Part shown: positions 8,155-19,200 of the stretch, piece after piece
Position numbering within the stretch: the stretch's first letter is position 1
Layout of the letters: each line of letters starts with the position of its first letter
Assembly (NCBI GenBank): GCA_937949615.1
Contig: CALEDQ010000008.1
Span: 700,618-764,617 of the forward strand
DNA from: an uncultured bacterium
Lineage (GTDB): Bacteria; Muiribacteriota; Ozemobacteria; Ozemobacterales; Ozemobacteraceae
Direction of reading: 5' to 3'
Length of the DNA stretch: 64,000 bases
Position numbers and translations under genes: made by a program
The notes under the pieces: model-generated
The model's database searches: none
What the model was told of the DNA's origin: nothing
Seen by the model: only the letters and a program-made list of their open reading frames with translations

Positions 8155-10153
8155 CTTCTGCTCCTATGGTTTCATAATCATAACCGGCGCCTTTAACCGG
8201 GCTTCCTGAAGACGGCTTATAGTTGAAGTCTTCGTTCAACTGGCTGGCAAACGGGTCGCCGCCCTGCAGGCCGGGGCCGGCAAGTTCGGTAAAACTGAGA
8301 TCGCCAGAATAGCCGGTCAGAGCCGTGCCATCAGAGTTGGCATATTTGCGGTTGCCGGCGGCGTTCCAGATGCCATTGTTCTGAATAAACTGGGTATTTG
8401 TTGCAGTAGAAGGGTTATATGGCACACTACCGCTGTACATAATGCCAACCCCATTGCGACTGTTGTCAGCAAGAACGAGATTGCTCCTGACCACCGCCTG
8501 GGCAGTCTCTTTGATTTCGATGCCAACATTGGCCTGAACCGTGTTGCGACGCACTTCATCTTTGCCGCGGCAGATGATGCCAATGCCGCCCGAACCATAA
8601 CCAATTACGTTATATCTGGCCTTTGAAGCTGTTTCAGTATTACCGAGATCGATACCACAGGCACCCGAAAGACCGATACGGTTGCGTTCGATTTCGGCCA
8701 GTTTGTTGCCGCGGCAGATGATGCTGTTTATACATCTGCTGATCTGACAGTCGAGAATCTGAACCTTAACCTGATTGTTCTGCAGATCGATGCCAGAACC
8801 GCAGGTCTCGATAGTCAGGCTGCGAAAAGCCTGGTCACGTCTAGCTGAGGTCATCTTAACCGCCGCCAGCCGGCAGCTGTTGAAAGACGACTCTTTAACC
8901 TCCGGCAGACCGGCCACGCCGTTGATGCCGTTTTGTGCATACGAAAGGCGCAGACCTTTGATCAGACTGGCCCCGAGATCTGAGACATTTTCGAAGGTAA
9001 TGCCGTTCCAGTCGCCCGGTTGCGGGGAAACTGCCGACGAAGTCATGGTGACCGGCTGCAGTGAAGTGCCCTGAACCATTAAAGTGCCCTGAACACTGAT
9101 ATCGATAAGGTCATCGGCAGAATCAGCATCCCACTGATCGCCTTTTGCAACCGCGACGGTAACCCCTTTGTCGAGAATCAGACTGGCATTGGCCGCAATC
9201 GTGAGATCACCGGTGAGATAATAGGGTGATTCCTGACTTGTCCAGACAGCGTTGGTGGTCATGACACCAGGCATCACAAATGCTTCGGTATTTGAGGGTG
9301 AAGATTCGTCACCAGACCCTGAAAGTCTGGTAACCCGGTAATAATATTTGCTGCCGGCCAGAACATCGTTATCAATATAAGTATTCTGGTTAGTCACCGT
9401 TCCAAGGCGGTTGAAGGGCCCCTGGGCCGTGTTCGATTTATAAACTGCAAACCCGGCAAAATCAGCACCGGAGTCAGAATTCCAGTTAAGTACGATCGCA
9501 TTGCTGTTGGCAGCTTTGCTGAGCTTCAGACCCACCGGTGGTTCACCACGTGTGGTGATGAGAGTGTTGAAAGTCTTTATTTCTGATTCAAGCCGTCGGC
9601 CGGTTTTGTCGGTGGCAACGCATTTGAATCTATAACTTGAAGCCGGATTCAGACCGGTCAAATCATACTGATGCAGAAAAATCAGCTCGGCATCAGTCGG
9701 AGTGGTTTTGTCGAAAAGGGCGTTAACTCCATAGCTGACGCTGGCCCGCGCCTGAAATTTTGTATAGAAGGTTATTATCGCCCGGCTCGAAGTAATTCCG
9801 CTGACCTGAATGTCATAGATTTCACTGTCAGCCGGCAGAGCGAAATTAACCCCCGAAACCGTCTCGCCGCTTACCACATCGATATTTTGTGTCTGCGTCT
9901 GATAGTTCTCGCGGGCAGCAGTGATTTCTGTAAGCTGCGGGGTCAGCGAAGTCAGGGCCCACTTGCCGTAAACATCAGAAAATGTCGAGGCTTCGGTGGT
10001 ATAAACCTTGACCGCGCTCAACGGGTTTCCTGACGAATCGGTGACAAGACCCGTAATACTGCCACGTGCCGGCGAATCAGTATTCATGCAGCCGGCATGT
10101 GACATGAGAGCAATAATCAATAAGAAAATGGCAATAAGTCTGATTTTTTTCAT
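8141..10153 (-). CDS. Lipoprotein with a carboxypeptidase-regulatory-like domain, FN3-like domains and a right-handed parallel beta-helix (paralog 1 of 3, first gene of the operon)
   Basis: Signal peptide ending SHAGC. GSITGLVTDSSGNPLSAVKVYT..GKWALTSL. FN3-like LNWNSDSGADFAGFAVYKS..SKYYYRVTR. Beta-helix rungs with repeated G-I/N-x-I patterns. Same length class (660-670 aa) as its two neighbours. Confidence 0.75.
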   Translation of the reverse strand: MKKIRLIAIFLLIIALMSHAGCMNTDSPARGSITGLVTDSSGNPLSAVKVYTTEASTFSDVYGKWALTSLTPQLTEITAARENYQTQTQNIDVVSGETVSGVNFALPADSEIYDIQVSGITSSRAIITFYTKFQARASVSYGVNALFDKTTPTDAELIFLHQYDLTGLNPASSYRFKCVATDKTGRRLESEIKTFNTLITTRGEPPVGLKLSKAANSNAIVLNWNSDSGADFAGFAVYKSNTAQGPFNRLGTVTNQNTYIDNDVLAGSKYYYRVTRLSGSGDESSPSNTEAFVMPGVMTTNAVWTSQESPYYLTGDLTIAANASLILDKGVTVAVAKGDQWDADSADDLIDISVQGTLMVQGTSLQPVTMTSSAVSPQPGDWNGITFENVSDLGASLIKGLRLSYAQNGINGVAGLPEVKESSFNSCRLAAVKMTSARRDQAFRSLTIETCGSGIDLQNNQVKVQILDCQISRCINSIICRGNKLAEIERNRIGLSGACGIDLGNTETASKARYNVIGYGSGGIGIICRGKDEVRRNTVQANVGIEIKETAQAVVRSNLVLADNSRNGVGIMYSGSVPYNPSTATNTQFIQNNGIWNAAGNRKYANSDGTALTGYSGDLSFTELAGPGLQGGDPFASQLNEDFNYKPSSGSPVKGAGYDYETIGAEDVPD

Positions 10154-10292
10154 TCAGACATACTTTTCGGTATTTTTTACACTAAACCTTAGAAACAAAA
10201 GATTGAAAGAAAAGGGTGATTAGAGTTACATTCTTTTGATACGCACGCTTGTAATTCGAGCATAATAAAGAATTCCGGAAAGGAAACTGGTA

Positions 10293-11531
10293 ATGAAGAA
10301 GATTTCTGTCAGAGCCCGCGACATGCAGGCATCACCAATCCGCAAGCTCATCCCACTCGCCGTAGCAGCACGCAAGAAGGGCGTAAACGTCTTCCCGCTC
10401 AATATCGGCCAGCCCGATATTCCGACCCCGAAACCAATCCGGGATGCAATTCGCAATTTCGACCAGGAAGTTCTCGCCTACAGTCCGTCTCAGGGTGAAG
10501 ATTTTCTCGTTGAAGCTTTTGCGGGTTATTATAAACAGAACAACATCGATATCGCCGCCGAAGATATCATCGTTACCACCGGTGGCAGCGAAGCCATCTT
10601 TTTTGCTTTTCTGTCGATCTGTGATGCCGGCGATGAAGTAATCGTCTTTGAACCATTCTACACCAACTATAACGGTATCGCCTTCGAAACCGGGGTCAAA
10701 CTCAAAGCTCTGACCACCTATGCCGAAGACGGCTTTCAGCTGCCACCGGCAGCCGCCATCGAAAAAGCAATTACAGACCGCACTCGCGCCATTCTCATCT
10801 GCAACCCCAACAACCCCACCGGCACGGTCTATTCACGCCAGACCCTCGAAGAACTTGCTGCCGTAGCCAAGAAGCACAATGTTTATGTAATCTCTGACGA
10901 AGTTTATCGCGAATTCACCTATGACGGCCTGCAGCACACTTCAATTCTGCAGATCCCAGGCATGGGTCAGCACGCGATTCTCATCGACAGCATCTCTAAG
11001 CGCTATTCGGCCTGCGGGGCCCGCATTGGTCTTGTCGCCAGCCGCAATCGCGAAGTCATGGGCGCCTGCATGAAGTTTGCCCAGGCCCGCCTCAGCTCGC
11101 CAACCATCGAGCAATGGGGTGCCAGAGCCGGCATCCTGATGGACCCCTCTTATTTTCAGCCCATTCTCGACGAATATCAGCGCCGCCGTGACGCGGTAAT
11201 GACCGGCCTGACCAAAATTCCCGACGTCGTCTGCAAAACTCCCACCGGAGCCTTCTATGTTATCGTAAAACTGCCGATAAAGAATGCAGACCGCTTTGCG
11301 GCATGGCTGCTGACTGACTTCGTACACGAAGGCAATTCGGTTCTGGTAGCCCCGGCTGCCGGGTTTTATGTAAATCCGGGTCTGGGCCTCGATGAAATAC
11401 GAATCAGCTATGTTCTCGAAGTCAGCAAGCTTGAAAAAGCCATGGATACCCTTGCGGTCGCAGTGAATCAGTTCCGGCGTCTCGAAGAAAAAGAAAACAA
11501 GCAGGAGAAATCTGCCTCTGCCAATGCCTGA
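10293..11531 (+). CDS. PLP-dependent class I/II aminotransferase (AspC-like)
   Basis: ICNPNNPTGTVY and the PLP-lysine motif SISKRYSACGARIG. SD-like ggaaagga lies upstream of the ATG. 8-nt overlap with dut. Confidence 0.85.
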   Translation: MKKISVRARDMQASPIRKLIPLAVAARKKGVNVFPLNIGQPDIPTPKPIRDAIRNFDQEVLAYSPSQGEDFLVEAFAGYYKQNNIDIAAEDIIVTTGGSEAIFFAFLSICDAGDEVIVFEPFYTNYNGIAFETGVKLKALTTYAEDGFQLPPAAAIEKAITDRTRAILICNPNNPTGTVYSRQTLEELAAVAKKHNVYVISDEVYREFTYDGLQHTSILQIPGMGQHAILIDSISKRYSACGARIGLVASRNREVMGACMKFAQARLSSPTIEQWGARAGILMDPSYFQPILDEYQRRRDAVMTGLTKIPDVVCKTPTGAFYVIVKLPIKNADRFAAWLLTDFVHEGNSVLVAPAAGFYVNPGLGLDEIRISYVLEVSKLEKAMDTLAVAVNQFRRLEEKENKQEKSASANA

Positions 11532-11976
11532 ACAGACAAGACCGACCGTCGAAATTCAGGTTGAACAGGCCCCTGGAGTGGCCATGCCCGCCATGGCCAC
11601 TTCGGGTTCAGCCGGTTATGACCTTTGCGCCAGCCGGCACATGATAATACAGCCCCACAAATTCGCAATGGTCCCGACCGGCCTGCGCATAGCCATGCCG
11701 CACGGCCTTGAGGCACAGGTCAGACCGAGATCAGGCCTGGCAGCCAAACACGGGGTTACGGTGCTGAATGCTCCCGGCACCATCGACAGCGATTATCGCG
11801 GCGAAATCTGTGTAATCCTGATCAATCACGGCGACAGTGAGTTTGTCATCGAACCGGGCATGCGTATTGCCCAGATGGTTTTTGCAAAAGTTACCGAGGT
11901 CGATTTTCGGGTCTGCAGCGAGCTGAGGTCTTCTGACCGGGGCGAGGGCGGGTTCGGATCAACCGGCGTCAGATAG
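11524..11976 (+). CDS. dut: dUTP diphosphatase
   Basis: AGYDL, PRSGLAAKHG, GTIDSDYRGE and C-terminal RGEGGFGSTG motifs. 150 aa. Confidence 0.9.
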   Translation: MPEQTRPTVEIQVEQAPGVAMPAMATSGSAGYDLCASRHMIIQPHKFAMVPTGLRIAMPHGLEAQVRPRSGLAAKHGVTVLNAPGTIDSDYRGEICVILINHGDSEFVIEPGMRIAQMVFAKVTEVDFRVCSELRSSDRGEGGFGSTGVR

Positions 11977-11994
11977 TCTAAAAACGAGGTAAAA

Positions 11995-12744
11995 ATGAAG
12001 CGAAAAAAAGTTGCAGTAATTGGTTGCGCAGGAAAAATGGGCCAGGTGGTCTGCAGATATCTGCTTTCTCACAACAACTACGAACTCGCTGCCGGCATCG
12101 ACAGCGGCCGCGCCGGCGATGATCTTGGTGCAGTTCTTGGTCTCGGCAGCACCGGCATCACCATTTCTTCAAATCTGCAGTCAACCATTTCCGAGTCGCA
12201 CATTGACATCGCTATCGATTTTACCACCCCTGATGCGGTTGTAGCCAATGCCGCAGTCTGTCTTCAGGCGAAGGTTCCGGTTCTGATCGGCACCACCGGT
12301 ATCAGCCAGGAAGACCAGGTTAAACTCGACAATCTCGCGCAGAAAATGAATACCGCAGTCATGATCGTTCCGAATTTTGCTATCGGAGCCATCCTGATGA
12401 TGGATTTCGCCAGAAGAGCCGCCCGCTACATGAAACAGGTTGAAATCATCGAACTGCATCACCCGCAGAAACTCGACAAGCCCTCCGGCACTGCGATTAA
12501 AACCCGTCAGGGAATTCTTGACGAACTCGGTATAAATGATGAATCAGCCGCTGAGCAGGTTCCGATACACTCAGTCAGACTGCCGGGTCTGGTTGCCCAC
12601 CAGGAAGTAATTTTTGGCGACATTGGGCAAACCCTCACCATCAGGCATGATTCACTGAACCGCGATTCATTTATGCCCGGAATTGGCCTGGCGCTTGGGC
12701 AGATGCATTCGTTCACCGGTCTGAAAGTCGGTCTGGATCTGTAA
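11995..12744 (+). CDS. dapB: 4-hydroxy-tetrahydrodipicolinate reductase
   Basis: N-terminal Rossmann VAVIGCAGKMG. The signature EIIELHHPQKLDKPSGTA. Confidence 0.9.
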   Translation: MKRKKVAVIGCAGKMGQVVCRYLLSHNNYELAAGIDSGRAGDDLGAVLGLGSTGITISSNLQSTISESHIDIAIDFTTPDAVVANAAVCLQAKVPVLIGTTGISQEDQVKLDNLAQKMNTAVMIVPNFAIGAILMMDFARRAARYMKQVEIIELHHPQKLDKPSGTAIKTRQGILDELGINDESAAEQVPIHSVRLPGLVAHQEVIFGDIGQTLTIRHDSLNRDSFMPGIGLALGQMHSFTGLKVGLDL

Positions 12745-12822
12745 AAATTTTCCTGTTAAAGCCTGCGAAGAATTGTGTCGATAGTTCCTCAGGAACATAA
12801 AAAGTTCAAAGGAGGCGCAAAC

Positions 12823-13062
12823 ATGATTCTTCCGAATACCCCGCTCTATCAGGCAAAGACCGATGCCGAATTCCGTATCAGAATGATCCAGCACATCAAA
12901 ACCGCATACAAAGACATTCTGGGAAAAGACGCCAATCTGCTCGATCTGCCCAATGGTCTCGAAATCGTTCAGGCAAAGATTCAGCAGAGACTGTATGACA
13001 TGAGCAACGGTCAGATCAATCTCTTCAGAGATGAAGATCGCCGCGAACAGCTCGCTGCCTGA
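12823..13062 (+). CDS. Hypothetical small protein (79 aa)
   Basis: ATG at 12823 is preceded by aaaggagg at about 7 nt. The ORF-track start at 12775 lacks an SD. I recognise no motif. A terminator follows. Confidence 0.45.
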   Translation: MILPNTPLYQAKTDAEFRIRMIQHIKTAYKDILGKDANLLDLPNGLEIVQAKIQQRLYDMSNGQINLFRDEDRREQLAA

Positions 13063-13102
13063 TGCCCTGAAAACAAGTTTCATCCCCCCTGTAAAGAAAA
13101 TG

Positions 13103-13136
13103 CCCCGGAGCCAATGGCTTCGGGGGTTTTCTTTTT
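13103..13136. terminator. Bidirectional intrinsic terminator between convergent genes
   Basis: Stem ccccggagcc / ggcttcgggg (one G-T pair), loop aat. It is flanked by an A-rich run upstream and ttttcttttt downstream. Confidence 0.65.
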
Positions 13137-13151
13137 ACGCAGTCAAAAAAG

Positions 13152-16130
13152 TCAGTCGGTTTCGAAAGGGTTATGGTCGTTGGTTCCGGCTGCATGAGCC
13201 CGGTCGGCAGTGAACAGTCTGACGAATTCGCCAGCCCAGAGAACCAGTGAAGTGCTGGCGATAATGATCAGCCACGTGGCAAGATCGAGCGGTTCAGTTC
13301 TGAACATGCTCCGACCATACTGAACGATCAGAAACTGACCAAGAATGATGGTCGGGAGAATAAAGATAAAACCCTTGTTCTCGGTTATACGATTGAATGC
13401 TGATTTTTTAAGCCCCAGAGCCCTGGCATTGAACATGTTCCAGACCTGCAGCATAACGAACACCGTGAAAAAGATCGAGAGTTCACGCACGCTGACATCG
13501 CCATCCTGCTGAAAATACTTGAGCAGACCGATGAGCACCAGGTAAAAAACCGCCCCCACCCCAAAAATATGTGTATACATCGGCCGGGAAACGATAAAGT
13601 CGTCGGGGCGTCTCGGGGTGCGGCTCATAACTTTCCAGTGCGGGGGTTCGGTTGCCAGCGCCAGAGCCGCGAAAGTATCCATAATCAGGTTAACCCAGAG
13701 CATCTGCACAACCGTCAGCGGCATTTTTATGCCAATAAAAGGGCCGGTCAGGGCGACAGCAAGTGCCACCACGTTGATGGTCAGCTGAAACATGACAAAG
13801 CGTTGAATATTTTCATAGAGAGAGCGCCCCCACATGATGCCCTTAACCACGCTGGGAAACGAATCGTCGAGAAGAATGATATCGCTGGCTTCCTTGGCAA
13901 CTGAAGTGCCGGTTTTGCCCATGGCCAGACCGACATTGGCATGGTTCAAAGCGGGCGCGTCATTGGTTCCGTCGCCGGTGACCGCCACGACATGATCACG
14001 CTGCTGCAGCAGTTTAACCATTTTCATCTTATCTGCCGGCCTGGCTCGCGACATTATCTTGATTTTTTCGACAGCTGCAAGCGCCTCTTTGTCATTGAGA
14101 GCCTGAAAATCGCTGCCGGTAATATGAACCTGGTTCTGCACATCGCCCTGATCGAGCAAGCCGATCTGATTTGCTATTTCCCAGGCGGTGTTTGAATTGT
14201 CGCCGGTAATCACCTTGACCTGTACACCGGCGCTGCGGCAGACATTGAGAGCCATCGGCACATCGGGCCTTATCGGGTCGGCAATGGCAACAAAGCCGAG
14301 CCAGGTCAGATTCTGAGCTATATTATGCAGATCGCCGTCAGGTGCACGATCGAAACCTCGCAAAAACGCAAATCCCAGGGTTCGCATACCTCTGGCCTGC
14401 TGATTGCGCAACTCTTCACTGATCTTTGCCGAAAAGATACCGATCGCCTGGAGTCCTTTATCGGTAAGAATTTCAGAGCATTTAGTCAGAACCAGCTCCG
14501 GAGCACCTTTAAAATACATGATTTTTTCTTTGCCAGCGCCAGAAAGCCCATAAGAAGCCATCATCTTGCGCTCGGTCGAGAAAGTCCACTGTTTTTCAAG
14601 CGAAAAAGCTTCGCGCAACGCCAGATAGTCGATACCAGAGTCTTCAAGCCACAGCAGGGTTGCCCCTTCAGTCGGATTGCCGAGAGTTGTAACCGACTCA
14701 CCCGGTTTGCGCGAAATATTTGCGGTACTGTTGGCGGCCATAGCTTCGGCGATGATTTTTTCGATATCACTTGCCATATCCCGGTTCAGACGTGAACCCT
14801 TCAACGCCGGAAAATGCACCGAGCTCATGACCATGCGATTCTGAGTCAGGGTTCCGGTTTTATCTGAGCAGATAACCGTAGCTGCACCTATGGTTTCGCA
14901 GGCATGCATACGCCGCACCAGATTGTTGGCAGCGGTCATTTTGCGCATGCTGTAGGCAAGACTCAGAGTAACGCTCATCGGCAGTCCCTCTGGCACAGCA
15001 ACAACGATGATGGTTACAGCAATCATGAAGAATTTGAGAAATTCACTGACTGCTTCACCGGTAAGCCACAGCGAGGGTTCTTCGGGTAAAAAGCCGGTCA
15101 AGATACCGGTAAGCGTACAAAGCCCACCAAACACGACCCCGGAAGAGACCACCTTAACCCATGATTTAAGATCAGAGCGGGTTATTATCTTAGGCAGGTG
15201 CAGATCGCGGCCGGCAAATTCAAAGCCGTCGGCCAGAATCGGCAGCCAGACCTTCGCCAGCGAAATCATGGCACTGAACATCAGAATCAGCGCAAAACCC
15301 CATTGCGAAGAGGTCAAAGTCAGCTCACCGACTGCATAATCACGGACAACAAGGGCAGTAAATGTAAGAAAAGCTATCGAAAAACCGACCACCCCGATCA
15401 GCTTGCTGAGTCGATCGAGCTGGCGGTTGAGCGGCGTTTCCTCATCACTGTCTTCTCCGGCTGCTCTGGCGGCTTTGCCGATCTCAGTAGCGTCACCGAC
15501 TGCAGTAACCAGCATTTTACCATGGCCATCATTGACCATCGTACTCCGCAGAAGCACATCAGCAGGGTATGCAGCCTCGTGTTCCGCCTGAAATGAGGCT
15601 GAGTCAGCTGCATATTTTGTGGCAGGCATCGATTCGCCCGTAAGTTTGGCCTCATCGACCTGCAGCGAAATGGATTCGATAACCCTGCCGTCAGCTGGAA
15701 TCTCTTCACCCGGCTCAAGCAGCACGACATCACCAACGACGATATCTTTTATCGGCACTGTGGTGAAAGCGCCATCGCGAATAACATTAACCGGCGCCTC
15801 GTCAGAAACCTGATTCAGAATGTCGAATTCTTTGCCGGCTTTGTATTCGTTGAGAAAAGCAAGGGTTGTGGCCAGAAGAATGGCAATTATGATGCCGATG
15901 CCTTCGAAATATTCGCCATTGATGAATCCGACAAGAATGGCAATGAATGCGGCAATCATCAGAATTCTAATTATCGGGTCATCGAATTTTTCGAGAAGAA
16001 GCCGCCACCATGGCTCACGTTCGGGCGGGGTAAGTATATTTGCGCCGAATTTGCGCCGATTCTCAACGACCTGCAACGATGTCAGGCCTTTGAGAGAATT
16101 GTTGTTTGTCTGCCCGGCGTCAGCCGTCAT
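13152..16130 (-). CDS. Calcium-translocating P-type ATPase, PMCA-like (P2B)
   Basis: LTGESMP, VVAVPEGLPMSVTLSLAYSMRKM, the phosphorylation site ICSDKTGTLTQN, KGAPE, DPIRPDV, and VAVTGDGTNDAPAL. From memory, the TM4 and post-TM4 sequence matches the PMCA pattern rather than the SERCA pattern. Confidence 0.9.
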   Translation of the reverse strand: MTADAGQTNNNSLKGLTSLQVVENRRKFGANILTPPEREPWWRLLLEKFDDPIIRILMIAAFIAILVGFINGEYFEGIGIIIAILLATTLAFLNEYKAGKEFDILNQVSDEAPVNVIRDGAFTTVPIKDIVVGDVVLLEPGEEIPADGRVIESISLQVDEAKLTGESMPATKYAADSASFQAEHEAAYPADVLLRSTMVNDGHGKMLVTAVGDATEIGKAARAAGEDSDEETPLNRQLDRLSKLIGVVGFSIAFLTFTALVVRDYAVGELTLTSSQWGFALILMFSAMISLAKVWLPILADGFEFAGRDLHLPKIITRSDLKSWVKVVSSGVVFGGLCTLTGILTGFLPEEPSLWLTGEAVSEFLKFFMIAVTIIVVAVPEGLPMSVTLSLAYSMRKMTAANNLVRRMHACETIGAATVICSDKTGTLTQNRMVMSSVHFPALKGSRLNRDMASDIEKIIAEAMAANSTANISRKPGESVTTLGNPTEGATLLWLEDSGIDYLALREAFSLEKQWTFSTERKMMASYGLSGAGKEKIMYFKGAPELVLTKCSEILTDKGLQAIGIFSAKISEELRNQQARGMRTLGFAFLRGFDRAPDGDLHNIAQNLTWLGFVAIADPIRPDVPMALNVCRSAGVQVKVITGDNSNTAWEIANQIGLLDQGDVQNQVHITGSDFQALNDKEALAAVEKIKIMSRARPADKMKMVKLLQQRDHVVAVTGDGTNDAPALNHANVGLAMGKTGTSVAKEASDIILLDDSFPSVVKGIMWGRSLYENIQRFVMFQLTINVVALAVALTGPFIGIKMPLTVVQMLWVNLIMDTFAALALATEPPHWKVMSRTPRRPDDFIVSRPMYTHIFGVGAVFYLVLIGLLKYFQQDGDVSVRELSIFFTVFVMLQVWNMFNARALGLKKSAFNRITENKGFIFILPTIILGQFLIVQYGRSMFRTEPLDLATWLIIIASTSLVLWAGEFVRLFTADRAHAAGTNDHNPFETD

Positions 16131-16173
16131 TTTATTTCTCCATAAAAATAAGAAAATGCAGAAAATTTTTGGA

Positions 16174-16202
16174 AAGGCGGTTAATTATATCCCTTCAGAC
16201 GA
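16174..16202 (-). promoter_or_regulatory. Candidate sigma70 promoter for the ATPase gene
   Basis: Minus strand TTGAAG, 17 nt, TATAAT, overlapping the 3' end of the cyclase gene. GGAG SD lies before the ATPase ATG. Confidence 0.35.
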
Positions 16203-19200
16203 ATAACTTCAAACATTTCGACTGCCGAGGTCTTGCCTTTAACGGCTGTTTCCGAAAGTTGTTCGACTTCTATCGCCTGTTCGACAAGGTCTAGAGTCGA
16301 ACGGCTGATGATTACACAAGTATGCCTGCCCAGCTTGCTCATACCCTCAAGACGGGAGGCAACGTTTACGGTATCACCGATTACGGTTCTGTCCATGCGG
16401 CCGGGCGAACCGATGTTACCGGCGATTACATCACCTGAATTTATGCCCACTCCGATTTTAATGGCAAACAGACCATGACTGAGGCGCTGCTGATTGAATT
16501 TATCGAGAGCATCCATCATTTCGAGCGCACATTTTACAGCATTAAGAGCGTAATCTGCCGGATTCTCTCCGGCTGGCGGAATAAACTGGGCCATAATTGC
16601 ATCGCCAATGAATTTATCGATATCACCACCGAATTTTTCGACCACTTCGTTCATGGCGGCAAAATATTCGTTAAGAAGACTGACAACGTCCTCGGCAGAA
16701 TTCGATTCTGAAATTGTTGTGAAGCTGCGGATATCCGAAAAAAGAATGGTCGCCGGCACTTTTTTACCGCCCATCTGCCGGTCTTCTCCCTTAACAACCG
16801 CATCGACAGCAGAACGCGACAGATAGCGAGTCATGCGTTCGCGCTCGTCGAGCCCCTGATTCATTTTATTGAAAGCCTGCGCCAGCTCGACAATTTCATC
16901 TTGCCCGGGCAGAAGCACTTCGGTCTGGTAATTTCCGCTTTCAACTTCTTCAACACCCCGGCGCAGGAGAACAACCGGTTCGATCAATGAACGGGCCATA
17001 ATACGCGCCAGAACCATTACAACAGCAAGAGAAACCAGAATTGACACAAAAATAAACTGCCAGAGAAATCTGAGTTCCTGTTCAATTTCGGCATAATTGA
17101 ACAGTGCAACCACCGTCTGCTGCTCGACACTGATTGGCCTGAAACTGTAAAACAGGCATTCTCGACCGCCTGTTTCGAGAGTAATCTTTTCTTTGACGCT
17201 GTTGCCATTCAAGCGGGTAGTTTCTGACAGGCGCCCGAGCCTCACAGAATCTGGACTGTCTGAAATATAATCGAACCATGGATCAGCCAGCGGAGTATCG
17301 TAAAAATAATGTGAAGTGCCGCAGTCGTTCTCACCAAAATATAATTGAATGCGATTTTTAAACTTCGGCTGGCTACAGATCTTTTCGATCATCATGCGCA
17401 GATACATTCTTTCAAAATGCGCGTCGCGCAACAGCATGACCATAATGAAAGTTTCACCGGGGAAGTTTCTTGAAACGAACTGCCCGATGTAAAAAATACT
17501 GCTGCGACCGCTGAATTTCATTTCAAAGGCACGATTTTCGCGGGCGTTAAGAATCGCCCTTATTTCTTCAAGGTTTGAGCCGCCGGTTGCCTCTACCACC
17601 AGGTCCATCAGGCTTACGTCAAGAACTTTTCCTCTGGTCTGAAGTTTACCCGAAGCCCTGAGTTTAATTTTGGCAAGCGACTGCACAAGCGGCATAAGAT
17701 TACTGCCTTCGCCTGTATCAAAATCCTGATCAGAGAACATGGTAACCAGCTCGGCATATGAGTTGAACAGGTAGGTATGAAGAATGTTAACTTGGTCGCC
17801 ATGCCTTCGCAGAATCTCATTTGCTTTATCTGTTCTGGCAAAACGCCCACTGCTGTCAAATTCGAGGTTCATCAGATCAGACCCGATTGCATCGGCAATC
17901 TTTTCAAGCTGCCGAAATGCATAACTCATGTTTTCATCGAGGTCCTTGCGTATCTGGTCAATTTCTTTGTAGGCATCGGCTTCAAAGGATTTCTGGCGAT
18001 CCTGAAGCAGTTCAAAACCAAGCTGAAACACCGCCACTGCTGGCAAAAGAACGGCAAAAACAAACAACCCGGTAATCTGAAAGCGGATGCTGAAAGCCAT
18101 ACCATCGTTACGACGCCCCGAAAAGATTATCAGGAGCGGCAGGACCGCAATAAAAAGAAAAAACAGAGACAAAAAGAAAACTTTTCTTTCATACTGCATT
18201 ATCAATGAGCGGGTGCCTGCAGCAGTAAGAATAATGAGGCCCTCGCCAGCACGCTTAACCGAGAACATTACCCCGCTGCGTTCATAAAGTCCATCTGGCT
18301 GAGAAACGATCTGCTCTGCCCATTTTTTTCCGTCAGCAGCCGGAAACGGGTATGGAAGATGATGCTGCCGAGCCCGGGTTTCAGCAATCCAACCGATGGA
18401 GAGCCCTGAGCCTTCCCACTCTTGCGATTTTCTTCTGATGAGGGTTTGGAGGCCAAACAATTCTGGCAGTTCCGTTTCAATAACAGCCAGAAAACCACCG
18501 GCGGTACGACGACTCGCATTCATATCGAATGTCTTTTCTGAATCCCAGAACATCATCAGCTTATTGCCCGCTGGATTGCCACATTCAAGAAGGTCGCCAG
18601 AATATTTCAAGAAATTGCCCAGACCTGAAGCTTCTGTAAAATAGCGGTTAAGCATCGGAACATATTCAAGATAGTCAAAAGCAGCACCGTGCCGCTGGCC
18701 TTTAGGATTGACACTGCGTATGATAGATTCAGCAAGCTTCTGGTATACCCACTTGGGCTTCAACTGGTCGCTGTCTGGGCGCTCACGCATATCGAGCCCC
18801 CACTTAACAAGCTTCACACCCGGCAACAGCTTTTTCAGCCTGATTTCATAATGTTTTTGCAGGGCAGCCAAAGCTGATTCACTTATTTTCAGCCCATCGA
18901 TCAGGTGTGGATGGCAACCGAATGCAAAGTCTTCAAGTAACTGTCTGAAAAAAGCGGCACTCTTTAAGGGTTCGTTGTATTTCTGGGTGAAATCTCTCAG
19001 AAGTTCTCTGACCTGAACAGACTTTCTGGCCTCAAAAGCCAGTCTGCTGGCAAGTTTTTCGACCTCCTGAGCTATTTCATTGCGGGCCATGGTGGCCGTA
19101 GTGGCAAAAGCCGCAGTCGCCTGCCTGAACAGAATGGCAAAAGGAATGCTCAAAAGCAGAAAAATTGCCGCGAGCCATTTCCACAATGGCAGTGGCGGCA

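Noticed and set aside
4190-10153. Diversity-generating retroelement or phase-variation mechanism acting on the triplicated lipoproteins
   Set aside because: I saw no reverse transcriptase, template/variable repeat pair, invertible-segment inverted repeats or homopolymeric tracts. The paralogs differ throughout rather than in a localised variable region.
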